Assembly (NCBI GenBank): GCA_964388275.1
Contig: CAYLZD010000020.1
Location: forward strand, 3,232-67,231
Reading direction: 5' to 3'
Length of the DNA stretch: 64,000 nucleotides
Origin: an uncultured Chromatiales bacterium
GTDB lineage: Bacteria > Bacteroidota > Ignavibacteria > SZUA-365
The position numbers were made by a program, and so were the translations under genes. The notes under the pieces were generated by a model that was not told where the DNA came from, searched no databases, and worked only from the letters and a program-made list of their open reading frames with translations. How positions within the stretch are numbered: position 1 is the stretch's first letter; each line of letters opens with the position of its first letter. Positions 9,477 to 19,094 of this stretch are shown piece after piece.

Positions 9477-11363
9477 ATGATGACCAGGAAAAAGAATATG
9501 GCGGTGGCAGCGGGGGCGTTCGCAGCATTGATGCTGCTGTCGGCCGCTCCCCTCCGGGCACAGCACGCCGACGAAGGGGCCGCCTTCCGTCTGGCACAGA
9601 TTTACGAGCAATCGGGCAAATACGAGGACGCCCTGAGATACTATCAGGATCTCTCGCGTTCACAGCCGGCGAATCCGGCGTACTTCGACGGGCTGCGCCG
9701 CTGTCTGACGCAACTCAAGCGCTACGACGAGGCCGTGGCCATTCTCACCGAGCGGCTTCGCGCGCATCCTCGCGACGCCATGCTCCTGGTGCGCCGCGGC
9801 AGCGCGTATTTCAGATCCGGCAGCGAAGCGAAGGCGCGCGAGGATTGGGACGAAGCGTTGAGAAGGGAGCCGGGCAACGCGGGCATTTATTCGGCCATCG
9901 CCGAGGAAGCCATGGACAACCGGCTCTACGAGACGGCCGTCGAGTACCTGCTGCGCGGGAGAACGGCCCTGAAAATGCCGCAGCTTTTCGTGATGGAGAT
10001 CGCCAGGGCTCACGCGTCAGGCATGAAATTCGACGCGGCCATGAAGGAATACATCTCGCTAGTGATCGCCGTTCCGTCCGTCGTCTGGCAGGTGCAGCAG
10101 CAGATCGCGCAGTTCGCCGATCTGCCGGAAGCGTTGCAGAGCGCCGTGCGCGTCGCGCAGGAAGCGGCTGAGGAGGAGCCGTCGAACGCTTCGGTGAGAT
10201 ATCTGCTCTCGTGGCTGCATATGGAGCGCAAGGATTACAAGGCCGCGAAAAAGGTCTACGCTGAAATAGACCGGATCCGCAACGCCGGGGGCGCGGAGTT
10301 GATGTCCTTCGCGCAGAGAGCCTTCAGCGACAAGGCCTACGCGCCGGCGCGGGACGCGCTGAGCGAGCTGATCGCACGGTATCCGCGCGCGCAGTTCATA
10401 CCGGAGGCGGAGTACCTGCACGCCCGCTGCGTGGAGGAAGCGGCGGACGTTGAAATGCTGCCCGCGGCTCTGGATCCGTTCACACCCGCCCGGGAGGCGC
10501 CGGGCAGCGAAGCAATACCGGTTTACAAGGGCGCGATAGAACTTTACGAGCGGATAGCCGCCAAATACAAGGGGCTTCACTACGGTCTTGAAAGCTCGTA
10601 CAGGATAGCGCTCATCCGCTTCAAGCGCTTCCGCGACACCGACGGCGCGCTGAGCTTGCTGCGCGATCTCGCGCCTCTGCGCCGGAACGTCATGGGCAAG
10701 GTCGACGCCTACGTCCTGGCGGGCGACATACATCTGGCGCGCGGAGACATGCGGAAGGCGATCGAGGCCTACGAGGCGGCCCTGAAGATGAGCGGCCTCG
10801 CTCCGCAGGAGAGGCAGGAAGTGGAATTCCGCCGCGCGGAGATTTTCTACTTCCGCGGGGATATCGATTCCACCCTGTCGCTGCTGGAACCGCTCACGCG
10901 CAACAGCGGCGACGACATCGCGAACGACGCCCTCGAACTGAACCTGTTCATACTGCAGTTCAGGGCGCCCTCGGAGGAAGCCCTGCGGCTCTTCGCGCGG
11001 TCCGCTTTCCTGGAACGCTGCGGCAAGCTCTCCGAAGCCGCCGAATTGCTGCACGAGTTGATACTCAGGCACGGCTCGGCGCCGCTGGCCGACCAGGCCT
11101 ATCTGAAACGCGCTTTGCTTCAACGGGCCTCCGGGCAGCCGGAACAGGCCCGCGTCACGCTGAACTCGTTTCTCGAGACCTGCGCTGACTGCGTTTTGCG
11201 CGATCAGGCGCTGTTCGCGCTCGCCTCGCTGCTCGAGCATGAACTGCAGGCGCCCGACGCGGCACTGGAACTGTATCAGCGCGTACTCATGGAACATCCC
11301 GGCTCGAAATTGTCAGGCGCGGCGCGTGAACGAATTCTGGAACTGCGAAAGGGGAAAGCCTGA
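9477..11363 (+). CDS. Exported tetratricopeptide-repeat protein
   Basis: Signal peptide (..SAAPLRA-Q); many A..Y...L...P TPR-like helical repeats along the whole length. Confidence 0.85.
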   Translation: MMTRKKNMAVAAGAFAALMLLSAAPLRAQHADEGAAFRLAQIYEQSGKYEDALRYYQDLSRSQPANPAYFDGLRRCLTQLKRYDEAVAILTERLRAHPRDAMLLVRRGSAYFRSGSEAKAREDWDEALRREPGNAGIYSAIAEEAMDNRLYETAVEYLLRGRTALKMPQLFVMEIARAHASGMKFDAAMKEYISLVIAVPSVVWQVQQQIAQFADLPEALQSAVRVAQEAAEEEPSNASVRYLLSWLHMERKDYKAAKKVYAEIDRIRNAGGAELMSFAQRAFSDKAYAPARDALSELIARYPRAQFIPEAEYLHARCVEEAADVEMLPAALDPFTPAREAPGSEAIPVYKGAIELYERIAAKYKGLHYGLESSYRIALIRFKRFRDTDGALSLLRDLAPLRRNVMGKVDAYVLAGDIHLARGDMRKAIEAYEAALKMSGLAPQERQEVEFRRAEIFYFRGDIDSTLSLLEPLTRNSGDDIANDALELNLFILQFRAPSEEALRLFARSAFLERCGKLSEAAELLHELILRHGSAPLADQAYLKRALLQRASGQPEQARVTLNSFLETCADCVLRDQALFALASLLEHELQAPDAALELYQRVLMEHPGSKLSGAARERILELRKGKA

Positions 11364-12622
11364 TGAAACGGCTGTTGGCGATATGCATGCTGTCGCTGCT
11401 GCCCTCCGCCTTTCAGGCCCAGCAGAAGCTGCTGATTCCGATGGACCTGGAGCAAAGCGATCATCTCCGCGCCTACGGCATCGCTTACTGGGCCCTGACG
11501 CGTGGGATAGAGGTGGACTGGCTGCTGAATTACCGGGGCGGCGCTTTCATGATGCCGCATCACTCGTTCATAGACGCAGAGTGCCGTCTGCGCGGCGTGT
11601 CCGTCCAGGCCGTCGACGGCGCCCGAGCGGCGTCGATTTACGCGGAGGTGCAGGGACAGGAGAACAACACGGAGGCGGTGCGCCTCGAAAAGGCGCCCAA
11701 AGTGGCGGTTTATGTGCCGCCCAATTTCCAGCCCTGGGACGACGCCGTGACCCTGGCCCTCGAGTACGCGCAGATCCCTTATGACAAAGTATGGGATGAA
11801 GAGGTCCTCAAAGGAAAACTCTACGAATACGACTGGCTGCATCTGCATCACGAGGACTTCACCGGGCAGTACGGCAAATTCTACGCGCAGTTCAGCACGG
11901 CGCCCTGGTACATACAGCAGGTCGCCATCAACGAGTCGATGGCCCGCCAGCTGGGCTACCGCAAAGTCTCGGAACTGAAGAAAGCAGTGGCGCGCGCGAT
12001 AAAGGACTACGTGGGCAACGGCGGCTTCATGTTCGCGATGTGCTCGGCCACCGACAGCTATGACATCTCGCTTGCCGCGGAAGCCACGGACATCTGCGAC
12101 GTGATGTACGACGGAGATCCTCCGGATCCCGACTGCCAGGAGCGTCTCGACTACAATAAGACTTTCGCTTTCACGGACTTCCGGCTTGTGAAGAATCCGC
12201 TCGAATACGAGTACAGCGACATCGACATGACTCCGACCCTGGGCGGCAGGCCCGACGCAGACTACTTCACGCTGTTCGATTTCTCGGCCAAGTACGATCC
12301 GGTGCCGACCATGCTGACGCAAAGCCACGTCAATGTGATCCGCGGTTTTCTCGGCCAGACCACGGCGTTCAGGAAATCCCTCGTCAAGAAAAGCGTGGTC
12401 ATACTCGGCGAGAAACAGAACTCGGAAGAAGTAAAATACCTGCACGGAAATTTCGGGCGCGGAACTTTCACCTGGTTTGGAGGACACGATCCCGAAGACT
12501 ACCAGCACCTGGTGGGGGATCCGCCCACCGAGTTGGCTCTGCACAAGAACAGCCCGGGTTACCGGCTGATTCTGAACAACGTGCTGTTCCCCGCGGCGAA
12601 GAAGAAGCAGCAGAAGACTTAG
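11363..12622 (+). CDS. Conserved exported protein with class I glutamine amidotransferase-like domain (family often mislabelled asparagine synthetase B)
   Basis: Signal peptide; LLIPMD, DWLLNYRGG, WDDAVTL, HLHHEDFTGQYGKFY, FAMCSATD, GGHDPEDY; TGATG overlap with the TPR gene. Confidence 0.8.
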   Translation: MKRLLAICMLSLLPSAFQAQQKLLIPMDLEQSDHLRAYGIAYWALTRGIEVDWLLNYRGGAFMMPHHSFIDAECRLRGVSVQAVDGARAASIYAEVQGQENNTEAVRLEKAPKVAVYVPPNFQPWDDAVTLALEYAQIPYDKVWDEEVLKGKLYEYDWLHLHHEDFTGQYGKFYAQFSTAPWYIQQVAINESMARQLGYRKVSELKKAVARAIKDYVGNGGFMFAMCSATDSYDISLAAEATDICDVMYDGDPPDPDCQERLDYNKTFAFTDFRLVKNPLEYEYSDIDMTPTLGGRPDADYFTLFDFSAKYDPVPTMLTQSHVNVIRGFLGQTTAFRKSLVKKSVVILGEKQNSEEVKYLHGNFGRGTFTWFGGHDPEDYQHLVGDPPTELALHKNSPGYRLILNNVLFPAAKKKQQKT

Positions 12623-12630
12623 CGGAAGGA

Positions 12631-13452
12631 TCAGGCGCCGCCGCCGAGGTACACGGTCCGGAGCCTGAGGGCCTCCGCCGCGCGCGGGTCCGCGCAGCGG
12701 TGATCGTTGATCCGCGAAACCGGCAGCGGGCCGGTGAGGGCGTTGCTCGTCCAGACCGTCTCCGCCGAGAGAAGCATCTCCATCGAGATTGTCGAGCTGA
12801 AAATCCGTTCGCCTTCCTTCTCGAGCAGTCGGACGACGCGGGGAAGAGATATGCTGTCGAGCCGGCCTTCGACCGGGGGGTGGATCCAACCATCCACCGT
12901 CCTTATCAGTATCGCCGAAGCCGTGGTCTCGACCGGATTTCCCGCCGCGTCGGTCAGGAACGCGTCGTGAAATCCCGATCTCCGCGCCTCGTCGCGCAGC
13001 CGCAGGTGGTAGAGGTAATTCAGAGTCTTGTATCCCGAAAAGGGATGCCGCCGGCTCGCCTCCGGCAGATACAGCGCAACGACTGCGCCCGGCGCCGGAG
13101 CTTCGTAAGGCGCCGCGCACACGAAGGTCGTCGGCCGCCCGCCGTCCCCGGGAACGCCCCTTGTGACGATGACTTTTACGCGCATCTTCCCCCGCATGGC
13201 GTCCATCGCCTGCAGGAGATCCGTTATCCAGCGAATTATGGCGCCGTCGTCCGGCGCGCCCTTTATTTCCAGCATTTCCAGCGCGCGGCGGAGACGCCGG
13301 GCGTGGTCGCCGGCGTACAGCGCCTTGCCGTCCACGGCGCAAATGGTTTCGAAAGCGCCGTCGCCGAATTGAAAGCCGGCGTCGAACGGGGATATCCGCG
13401 CCTCCGACGCTGGTAGCACGGATCCGTTCAAACAGACGAGATCGCCTTTCAT
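12631..13452 (-). CDS. pabC: Class IV aminotransferase, probable 4-amino-4-deoxychorismate lyase
   Basis: GFQFGDGAFET, YKTLNY (PLP Lys), ETTAS, ETVWTSNAL; last gene of a pabA-pabB unit. Confidence 0.8.
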   Translation of the reverse strand: MKGDLVCLNGSVLPASEARISPFDAGFQFGDGAFETICAVDGKALYAGDHARRLRRALEMLEIKGAPDDGAIIRWITDLLQAMDAMRGKMRVKVIVTRGVPGDGGRPTTFVCAAPYEAPAPGAVVALYLPEASRRHPFSGYKTLNYLYHLRLRDEARRSGFHDAFLTDAAGNPVETTASAILIRTVDGWIHPPVEGRLDSISLPRVVRLLEKEGERIFSSTISMEMLLSAETVWTSNALTGPLPVSRINDHRCADPRAAEALRLRTVYLGGGA

Positions 13453-13456
13453 CGCC

Positions 13457-14926
13457 TCACGGTTCCTTGTGATCCGATGCCGGACGCGGCTGGACTTTCC
13501 CGCCGGTCGTTTCTCCGCCGCCGCGCGACGATCCCGCATCGAAGGCCTCCGTTCGCGCGCCGAAAAACGCGGCCCCCTTCGCGAGCGTTTCCTCGTACTC
13601 GGAAGCGGGATCGGAAGCGTAAACTATGCCGCCGCCGAGAGAAAGCCGGAAAGCGCCGCCGTGAATCGCCATGGTGCGTATCGCGATGCTGAGTTCCATG
13701 TCTCCGTCGGTCGAGATCCAACCGATGGAACCGGTGTAGATATGCCGCGATGCGGGCTCGAAGGAGTCCAGCAGTTCCATGGCCCTTATCCTCGGGCAGC
13801 CGGTTATGGATCCGCCCGGGAAAGCGGCGCGAAGCACATCCGCGGCGCCGCAGCCGCTCCGCGCGGACCCGCGGATGACCGACACCAGATGATGCACGTT
13901 TTTCCAGGACTCGAGTTTCTTGTGTCCGGCGATCTTCACGCTGCCCGGCAGGCATATCCTCGACAGGTCGTTGCGCAGAAGATCGACTATCATCGAAAGT
14001 TCGGCGTCGTCCTTGGCGCTGTGCAGCAGTTCGAAAGCGGCCCGCGCATCCTCCTCCGGCGTCGCGCCGCGAGGCCTCGTGCCCTTGATCGGACGCGTCT
14101 CGATTTCATTTCCCCTTTTGGAAATGAAGCGCTCCATGGATGTCGAGAGTACCTGATGATCCCCGGTGTTTATCCATGCGTAATAGGGCGCCGGATTGGC
14201 GGCGAAGAGAGAAGTCCAGTATTTCCAGGGATCGCCGTGGATGCGGCCGCTGTATTGCTGCGAGAGGTTGAGCTGATAAACCTCGCCGTCCCGGATGCGC
14301 CGCCGCGCCTCTTCGACGGCGGCCATGTACGCGTCGCGCGAAAATGTGCTGTCTTCGATATCGAGAGAGGCAAGGGGTCCTTCGGGAACCGTCTCCTCCG
14401 GGTCGATCGCCGGGAGTGTTTCTCCTCCGATCGTGTACTCGCGGCTTTGTTCGGTCAGCAGTCCCTCGGCGCGATCGTGCAGCAGCAAACGCGTCGGGAG
14501 GACGAGGTACACATCCGGCAGGTGTTCCGCGTCGACGGCGTGTCGCGGTAGGCGCTCGATGGAGTTTTTCAGATCGTAGGCGAAATAACCCGCGAGAAGG
14601 CCGGGGCGTCCCGGGTTCGGGTCGGTCGTCCCGCCGAGCAAGGCGTCGAGAGCGTCGAGCGGATTCATGCGGAAGGCGGCGTCGCCGCGGGCCGTGCGCA
14701 TGCGGATGCCGTCGTCCTTCATCCGGAACACCGCGGCAGGTCTCGAACAGAGCATGGAAACGCGTGCGCACTCATGCTCAGAGCCGCTCAGCAAGAGCAC
14801 GGCGCCGGCCGAACGCGCGTCGCCTTCGGCCCGCGAAAGAAAAGTTTCGTCCGCCGCGTTGCGCATCAGCACCGAGGAGCGTACGGAGCGAAGGACGGGA
14901 AAGGCGGGAAGCGCGGCGTCTCTCAT
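13457..14926 (-). CDS. pabB: Aminodeoxychorismate synthase component I
   Basis: RPIKGTRPR (Lys typical of PabB, Ala in TrpE), MIVDLLRNDL, FPGGSITGCP, YTGSIG, IAIRT, GGGIV. Confidence 0.85.
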   Translation of the reverse strand: MRDAALPAFPVLRSVRSSVLMRNAADETFLSRAEGDARSAGAVLLLSGSEHECARVSMLCSRPAAVFRMKDDGIRMRTARGDAAFRMNPLDALDALLGGTTDPNPGRPGLLAGYFAYDLKNSIERLPRHAVDAEHLPDVYLVLPTRLLLHDRAEGLLTEQSREYTIGGETLPAIDPEETVPEGPLASLDIEDSTFSRDAYMAAVEEARRRIRDGEVYQLNLSQQYSGRIHGDPWKYWTSLFAANPAPYYAWINTGDHQVLSTSMERFISKRGNEIETRPIKGTRPRGATPEEDARAAFELLHSAKDDAELSMIVDLLRNDLSRICLPGSVKIAGHKKLESWKNVHHLVSVIRGSARSGCGAADVLRAAFPGGSITGCPRIRAMELLDSFEPASRHIYTGSIGWISTDGDMELSIAIRTMAIHGGAFRLSLGGGIVYASDPASEYEETLAKGAAFFGARTEAFDAGSSRGGGETTGGKVQPRPASDHKEP

Positions 14927-15504
14927 ACGCGGGAATGCTCCGCGCAGAGTGCGAGAAAGTTCTCTGCGATTTCGCGGCCGTTCGGGGTCATGAAGGATTC
15001 CGGATGAAATTGCACACCCCAGACGGGCATCGCAGTGTGTTCCAAGGCCATCGGCACACCGTCCGGCGTTGACGCCGTGATCCGGAGTGATCCGCCCCGC
15101 GTCTCTATAGAAAGGGAATGATAGCGGGCGGCGCCGAAAGGCGAGGGCAGACCGGTGAACAGCCGGCTGCCGTCATGGATCACCGCATCGGCGCGGCCGT
15201 GAACCGGTTCCGGCGCGTGAATGGTCATTCCGCCGAACACTTCGTTTATCACCTGCATACCCAGGCATACCCCCAGTATCGGCATTGCGCCGGCGAAACG
15301 TCGCACGAGCAGGGGGCTGCAGCCGGAATCCGCGGGACCTCCGGGACCGGGAGAAATGCACAGCGCCTGAACGCCCGATGCCGGAATCCATGCGGCGTCG
15401 ACGGCGTCGTTTCTCCTGACGATGACCTCCGCTCCCGCGCAGATGAGCAGATGCGCAAGATTGTGAGTGAAAGAGTCGAAGTTGTCGACAAGCAGTATCC
15501 GCAT
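14923..15504 (-). CDS. pabA: Glutamine amidotransferase component II (PabA/TrpG family)
   Basis: VDNFDSFTHN, ISPGPGGP, GVCLGMQ, RYHSL, GVQFHPES. Confidence 0.9.
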   Translation of the reverse strand: MRILLVDNFDSFTHNLAHLLICAGAEVIVRRNDAVDAAWIPASGVQALCISPGPGGPADSGCSPLLVRRFAGAMPILGVCLGMQVINEVFGGMTIHAPEPVHGRADAVIHDGSRLFTGLPSPFGAARYHSLSIETRGGSLRITASTPDGVPMALEHTAMPVWGVQFHPESFMTPNGREIAENFLALCAEHSRV

Positions 15505-15521
15505 ACGCGAAAGTAGCATAC

Positions 15522-15552
15522 TTGCGCCAAACGAACCATCCTGCTATCTTTG
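15522..15552 (+). promoter_or_regulatory. Promoter of tRNA-Thr
   Basis: TTGCGC (15522-15527), 17 nt, TATCTT (15545-15550) with TG extension; also reads TATCTTTG, matching Bacteroidota TAnnTTTG. Confidence 0.65.
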
Positions 15553-15560
15553 TTCGCTAT

Positions 15561-15633
15561 GCCATCCTAGCTCAGTTGGTAGAGCAGCTCACTCGTAATG
15601 AGCAGGTCGTCGGTTCGAGTCCGATGGATGGCT
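15561..15633 (+). tRNA. tRNA-Thr (anticodon CGT), CCA not encoded
   Basis: Full 73-nt cloverleaf: acceptor GCCATCC/GGATGGC, D arm GCTC/GAGC, anticodon arm GCTCA-CTCGTAA-TGAGC, T loop TTCGAGT. Confidence 0.98.
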
Positions 15634-15643
15634 CGGAATATGG

Positions 15644-15670
15644 ACAGCCCCTCGCGGGCTGTTTTCATTT
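15644..15670 (+). terminator. Intrinsic terminator after tRNA-Thr
   Basis: ACAGCCC-CTCGC-GGGCTGT followed by TTTCATTT. Confidence 0.75.
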
Positions 15671-15833
15671 GATGAACCCGCCGCCTGCGGACGCCGCCCG
15701 CGCGGCGCCTTTCCTGCCGGCTCGGATCCGGAAGCTGGATTGTCGATAATGCGGCAGGATTGTCGGGAAAAAAAATTTGATGTAATTTTAAACGATAAAC
15801 ACTTTTCTACGATACAAAAGGAATCAAAAGCAT

Positions 15834-16976
<1,143 letters not shown>

Positions 16977-17003
16977 TCATCCCCGCAATTCACACGGAAA
17001 AAA

Positions 17004-18287
17004 ATGTCAACCAAAACACCCGCAAAGAACTACAAGGTCAAGGACCTTCGTCTCGCCTCGGAAGGCCGGAAAAAAATCGAATGGGCGGAAAGCCGCATGC
17101 CTGTATTGATGGCTCTGCGCGAGAAATACGGCAAAACAAAACCTCTTTCCGGCTACCGCATCGCAGGCTGCCTGCACGTCACCAAGGAAACCGCCGTGCT
17201 GGTCGAAACCCTCAAGGTCGCCGGAGCCGAAGTCAGCTGGAGCGGCTGCAATCCGCTCTCGACCAACGACGAGGTGGCCGCCGCGCTCGCAGCCGCGGGC
17301 GTCTCCATCTACGCATGGCACGGCATGAACGTCAAGGAGTTTTACTGGGCGATAGAGCGCACGCTCGATTTCAAGCCCAATCTCACGCTCGATGACGGCG
17401 CCGACCTCATATTCACGATACACAGCAAGCATCGGGAACTCATTCCGTACATACTCGGCGGAACCGAGGAGACCACGACGGGAGTGCACCGTCTGCGAGC
17501 CATGTCGGCCGCCGGTGAACTGAAGTACCCGATCATCGCCGTCAACGACGCCGAGACCAAGTGGGATTTCGACAACGTGTACGGCACCGGGCAGTCGACT
17601 TTGGACGGCATACTGCGCGCCACGAGCGTGCTGCTTGCCGGGAAAAATCTTGTCGTCGCCGGTTACGGCCATTGCGGCAAAGGAGTGGCCGATAGGGCCA
17701 AAGGCCTCGGCGCCAACACCATCGTCACCGAAGTCAAAGCCACCGCCGCGCTCAAAGCGACGCTCGAAGGGCATCAGGTGATGACCATGGACCAGGCGGC
17801 CAAGGTCGGCGACATCTTCGTGACGGCCACCGGCGTTAAGGACGTGATCCGCGAGAAGCATTTCCGGTCCATGAAGGACGGGGCCATAGTCTGCAACACA
17901 GGACATTACGATTGCGAAATCAACATTCCGGAACTCGAGGCTCTGGCCAAGTCGAGCCGCAACATTCGGCCCAACAACGATGAATACCTGATGCGGAACG
18001 GGCGGAGGATTTACCTGCTGGCACAGGGCCGTCTCGTCAATCTGGCCGCGGCGGAGGGGCATCCTTCCGAGGTGATGGACATGTCCTTTGCGAATCAGTT
18101 CATGGCGCAGCTTCGTCTCGCCGACCTGGCCGGGAAGGGCAAGAGGATGGAGGTTGCCGTTCACGACATCCCGGTGGAACAGGACCAGGAAATCGCCGGG
18201 CTCAAACTCAGGACGATGGGCTACCGAATAGACCGGCTGACCCCGGAGCAGCGCGCCTATATGGACGACTACAGCGCGGGCACCTGA
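17004..18287 (+). CDS. ahcY: S-adenosylhomocysteine hydrolase
   Basis: GCLHVTKET, NPLSTND, LDDGAD, EETTTG, KWDFDNVYGTGQS, GYGHCGKG, GRLVNL, GHPSEVMD. Confidence 0.97.
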   Translation: MSTKTPAKNYKVKDLRLASEGRKKIEWAESRMPVLMALREKYGKTKPLSGYRIAGCLHVTKETAVLVETLKVAGAEVSWSGCNPLSTNDEVAAALAAAGVSIYAWHGMNVKEFYWAIERTLDFKPNLTLDDGADLIFTIHSKHRELIPYILGGTEETTTGVHRLRAMSAAGELKYPIIAVNDAETKWDFDNVYGTGQSTLDGILRATSVLLAGKNLVVAGYGHCGKGVADRAKGLGANTIVTEVKATAALKATLEGHQVMTMDQAAKVGDIFVTATGVKDVIREKHFRSMKDGAIVCNTGHYDCEINIPELEALAKSSRNIRPNNDEYLMRNGRRIYLLAQGRLVNLAAAEGHPSEVMDMSFANQFMAQLRLADLAGKGKRMEVAVHDIPVEQDQEIAGLKLRTMGYRIDRLTPEQRAYMDDYSAGT

Positions 18288-18425
18288 TCCGCCCGGGGGA
18301 CCGCGAGCCAAGGCAGCATCGGCGCCGGTTGCGAGGGGTTTGATCCATCGCAACCGGCTTTCGTATGTTAGGGCCGGGCGCGGAAACGCGCCGTGCCGTA
18401 AAGCAAACCATAAGACGAAGATGCC

Positions 18426-19091
18426 ATGAAAACAGCCGAATTCGCGACTTCGGGCGCGCGCGCGCCCATCAACACAATTTTCTGCATAGGACGCAACTAC
18501 GTCCGCCATGCCGAGGAATTGGGCCACAAGGTTGAGGATACACCGGTCGTTTTTCTCAAACCGATATCATCGCTGATTTTCGAGGGCGAGCACATAGAGC
18601 TGCCGGGGTTTTCGACCAACGTGCACTTCGAGACGGAACTTGTGGCTCTCGTCGGACGTGGCGGGAAGGACATACCCCGCGACGAGGCGATGTCTCACAT
18701 AGCCGGCTATGCGGCCGGGCTGGACCTGACGGCGCGCGACGTACAGGATCGCCTGAAGGAGAAAGGACTGCCCTGGACGATATCGAAAGGTTTCGACACG
18801 TCGGCCTGCCTGTCGAAATTCCTCACCGCCGCGGAGATCGGCAATCCCCGCGCGGCGCGTTTTTCTCTGACGGTCAACGGGATTCTGCGGCAGAGCGGCA
18901 ATCCGGCCCTCATGGTTTTTCCGCTCGACGAATTGGTGTCCTATCTGAGCACGGTATTCACTTTGTCGGAAGGCGACCTCATTTTCACAGGCACGCCGGA
19001 AGGAGTGGCGCCGTTGACGGCAGGGGACAGGCTTGAAATATCCTTGATGGACAGGGTGCGGGCAGGTTTCAACGTCCGCGCCCGCCTCTGA
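18426..19091 (+). CDS. Fumarylacetoacetate hydrolase family protein (YcgM/FAHD1-like)
   Basis: CIGRNY..H..E, VFLKP, HFETEL, DLTARDVQ, KGFDT, TGTPEGV. Confidence 0.92.
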   Translation: MKTAEFATSGARAPINTIFCIGRNYVRHAEELGHKVEDTPVVFLKPISSLIFEGEHIELPGFSTNVHFETELVALVGRGGKDIPRDEAMSHIAGYAAGLDLTARDVQDRLKEKGLPWTISKGFDTSACLSKFLTAAEIGNPRAARFSLTVNGILRQSGNPALMVFPLDELVSYLSTVFTLSEGDLIFTGTPEGVAPLTAGDRLEISLMDRVRAGFNVRARL

Positions 19092-19094
19092 ACG

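Noticed and set aside
11363-12622. Asparagine synthetase B annotation
   Set aside because: Has a signal peptide and lacks the Ntn Cys1 and the SGGLDS ATP-pyrophosphatase motif
13457-14926. Anthranilate synthase TrpE
   Set aside because: PIKGT lysine and the adjacent class IV lyase favour PabB
15561-15700. tRNA-Thr as an island integration site
   Set aside because: No duplicated tRNA 3' end and no integrase; followed directly by a terminator and metK
15671-15833. SAM or SAH riboswitch upstream of metK-ahcY
   Set aside because: No SAM-I/II or SAH core motifs recognised; a covariance-model search would be needed to exclude it
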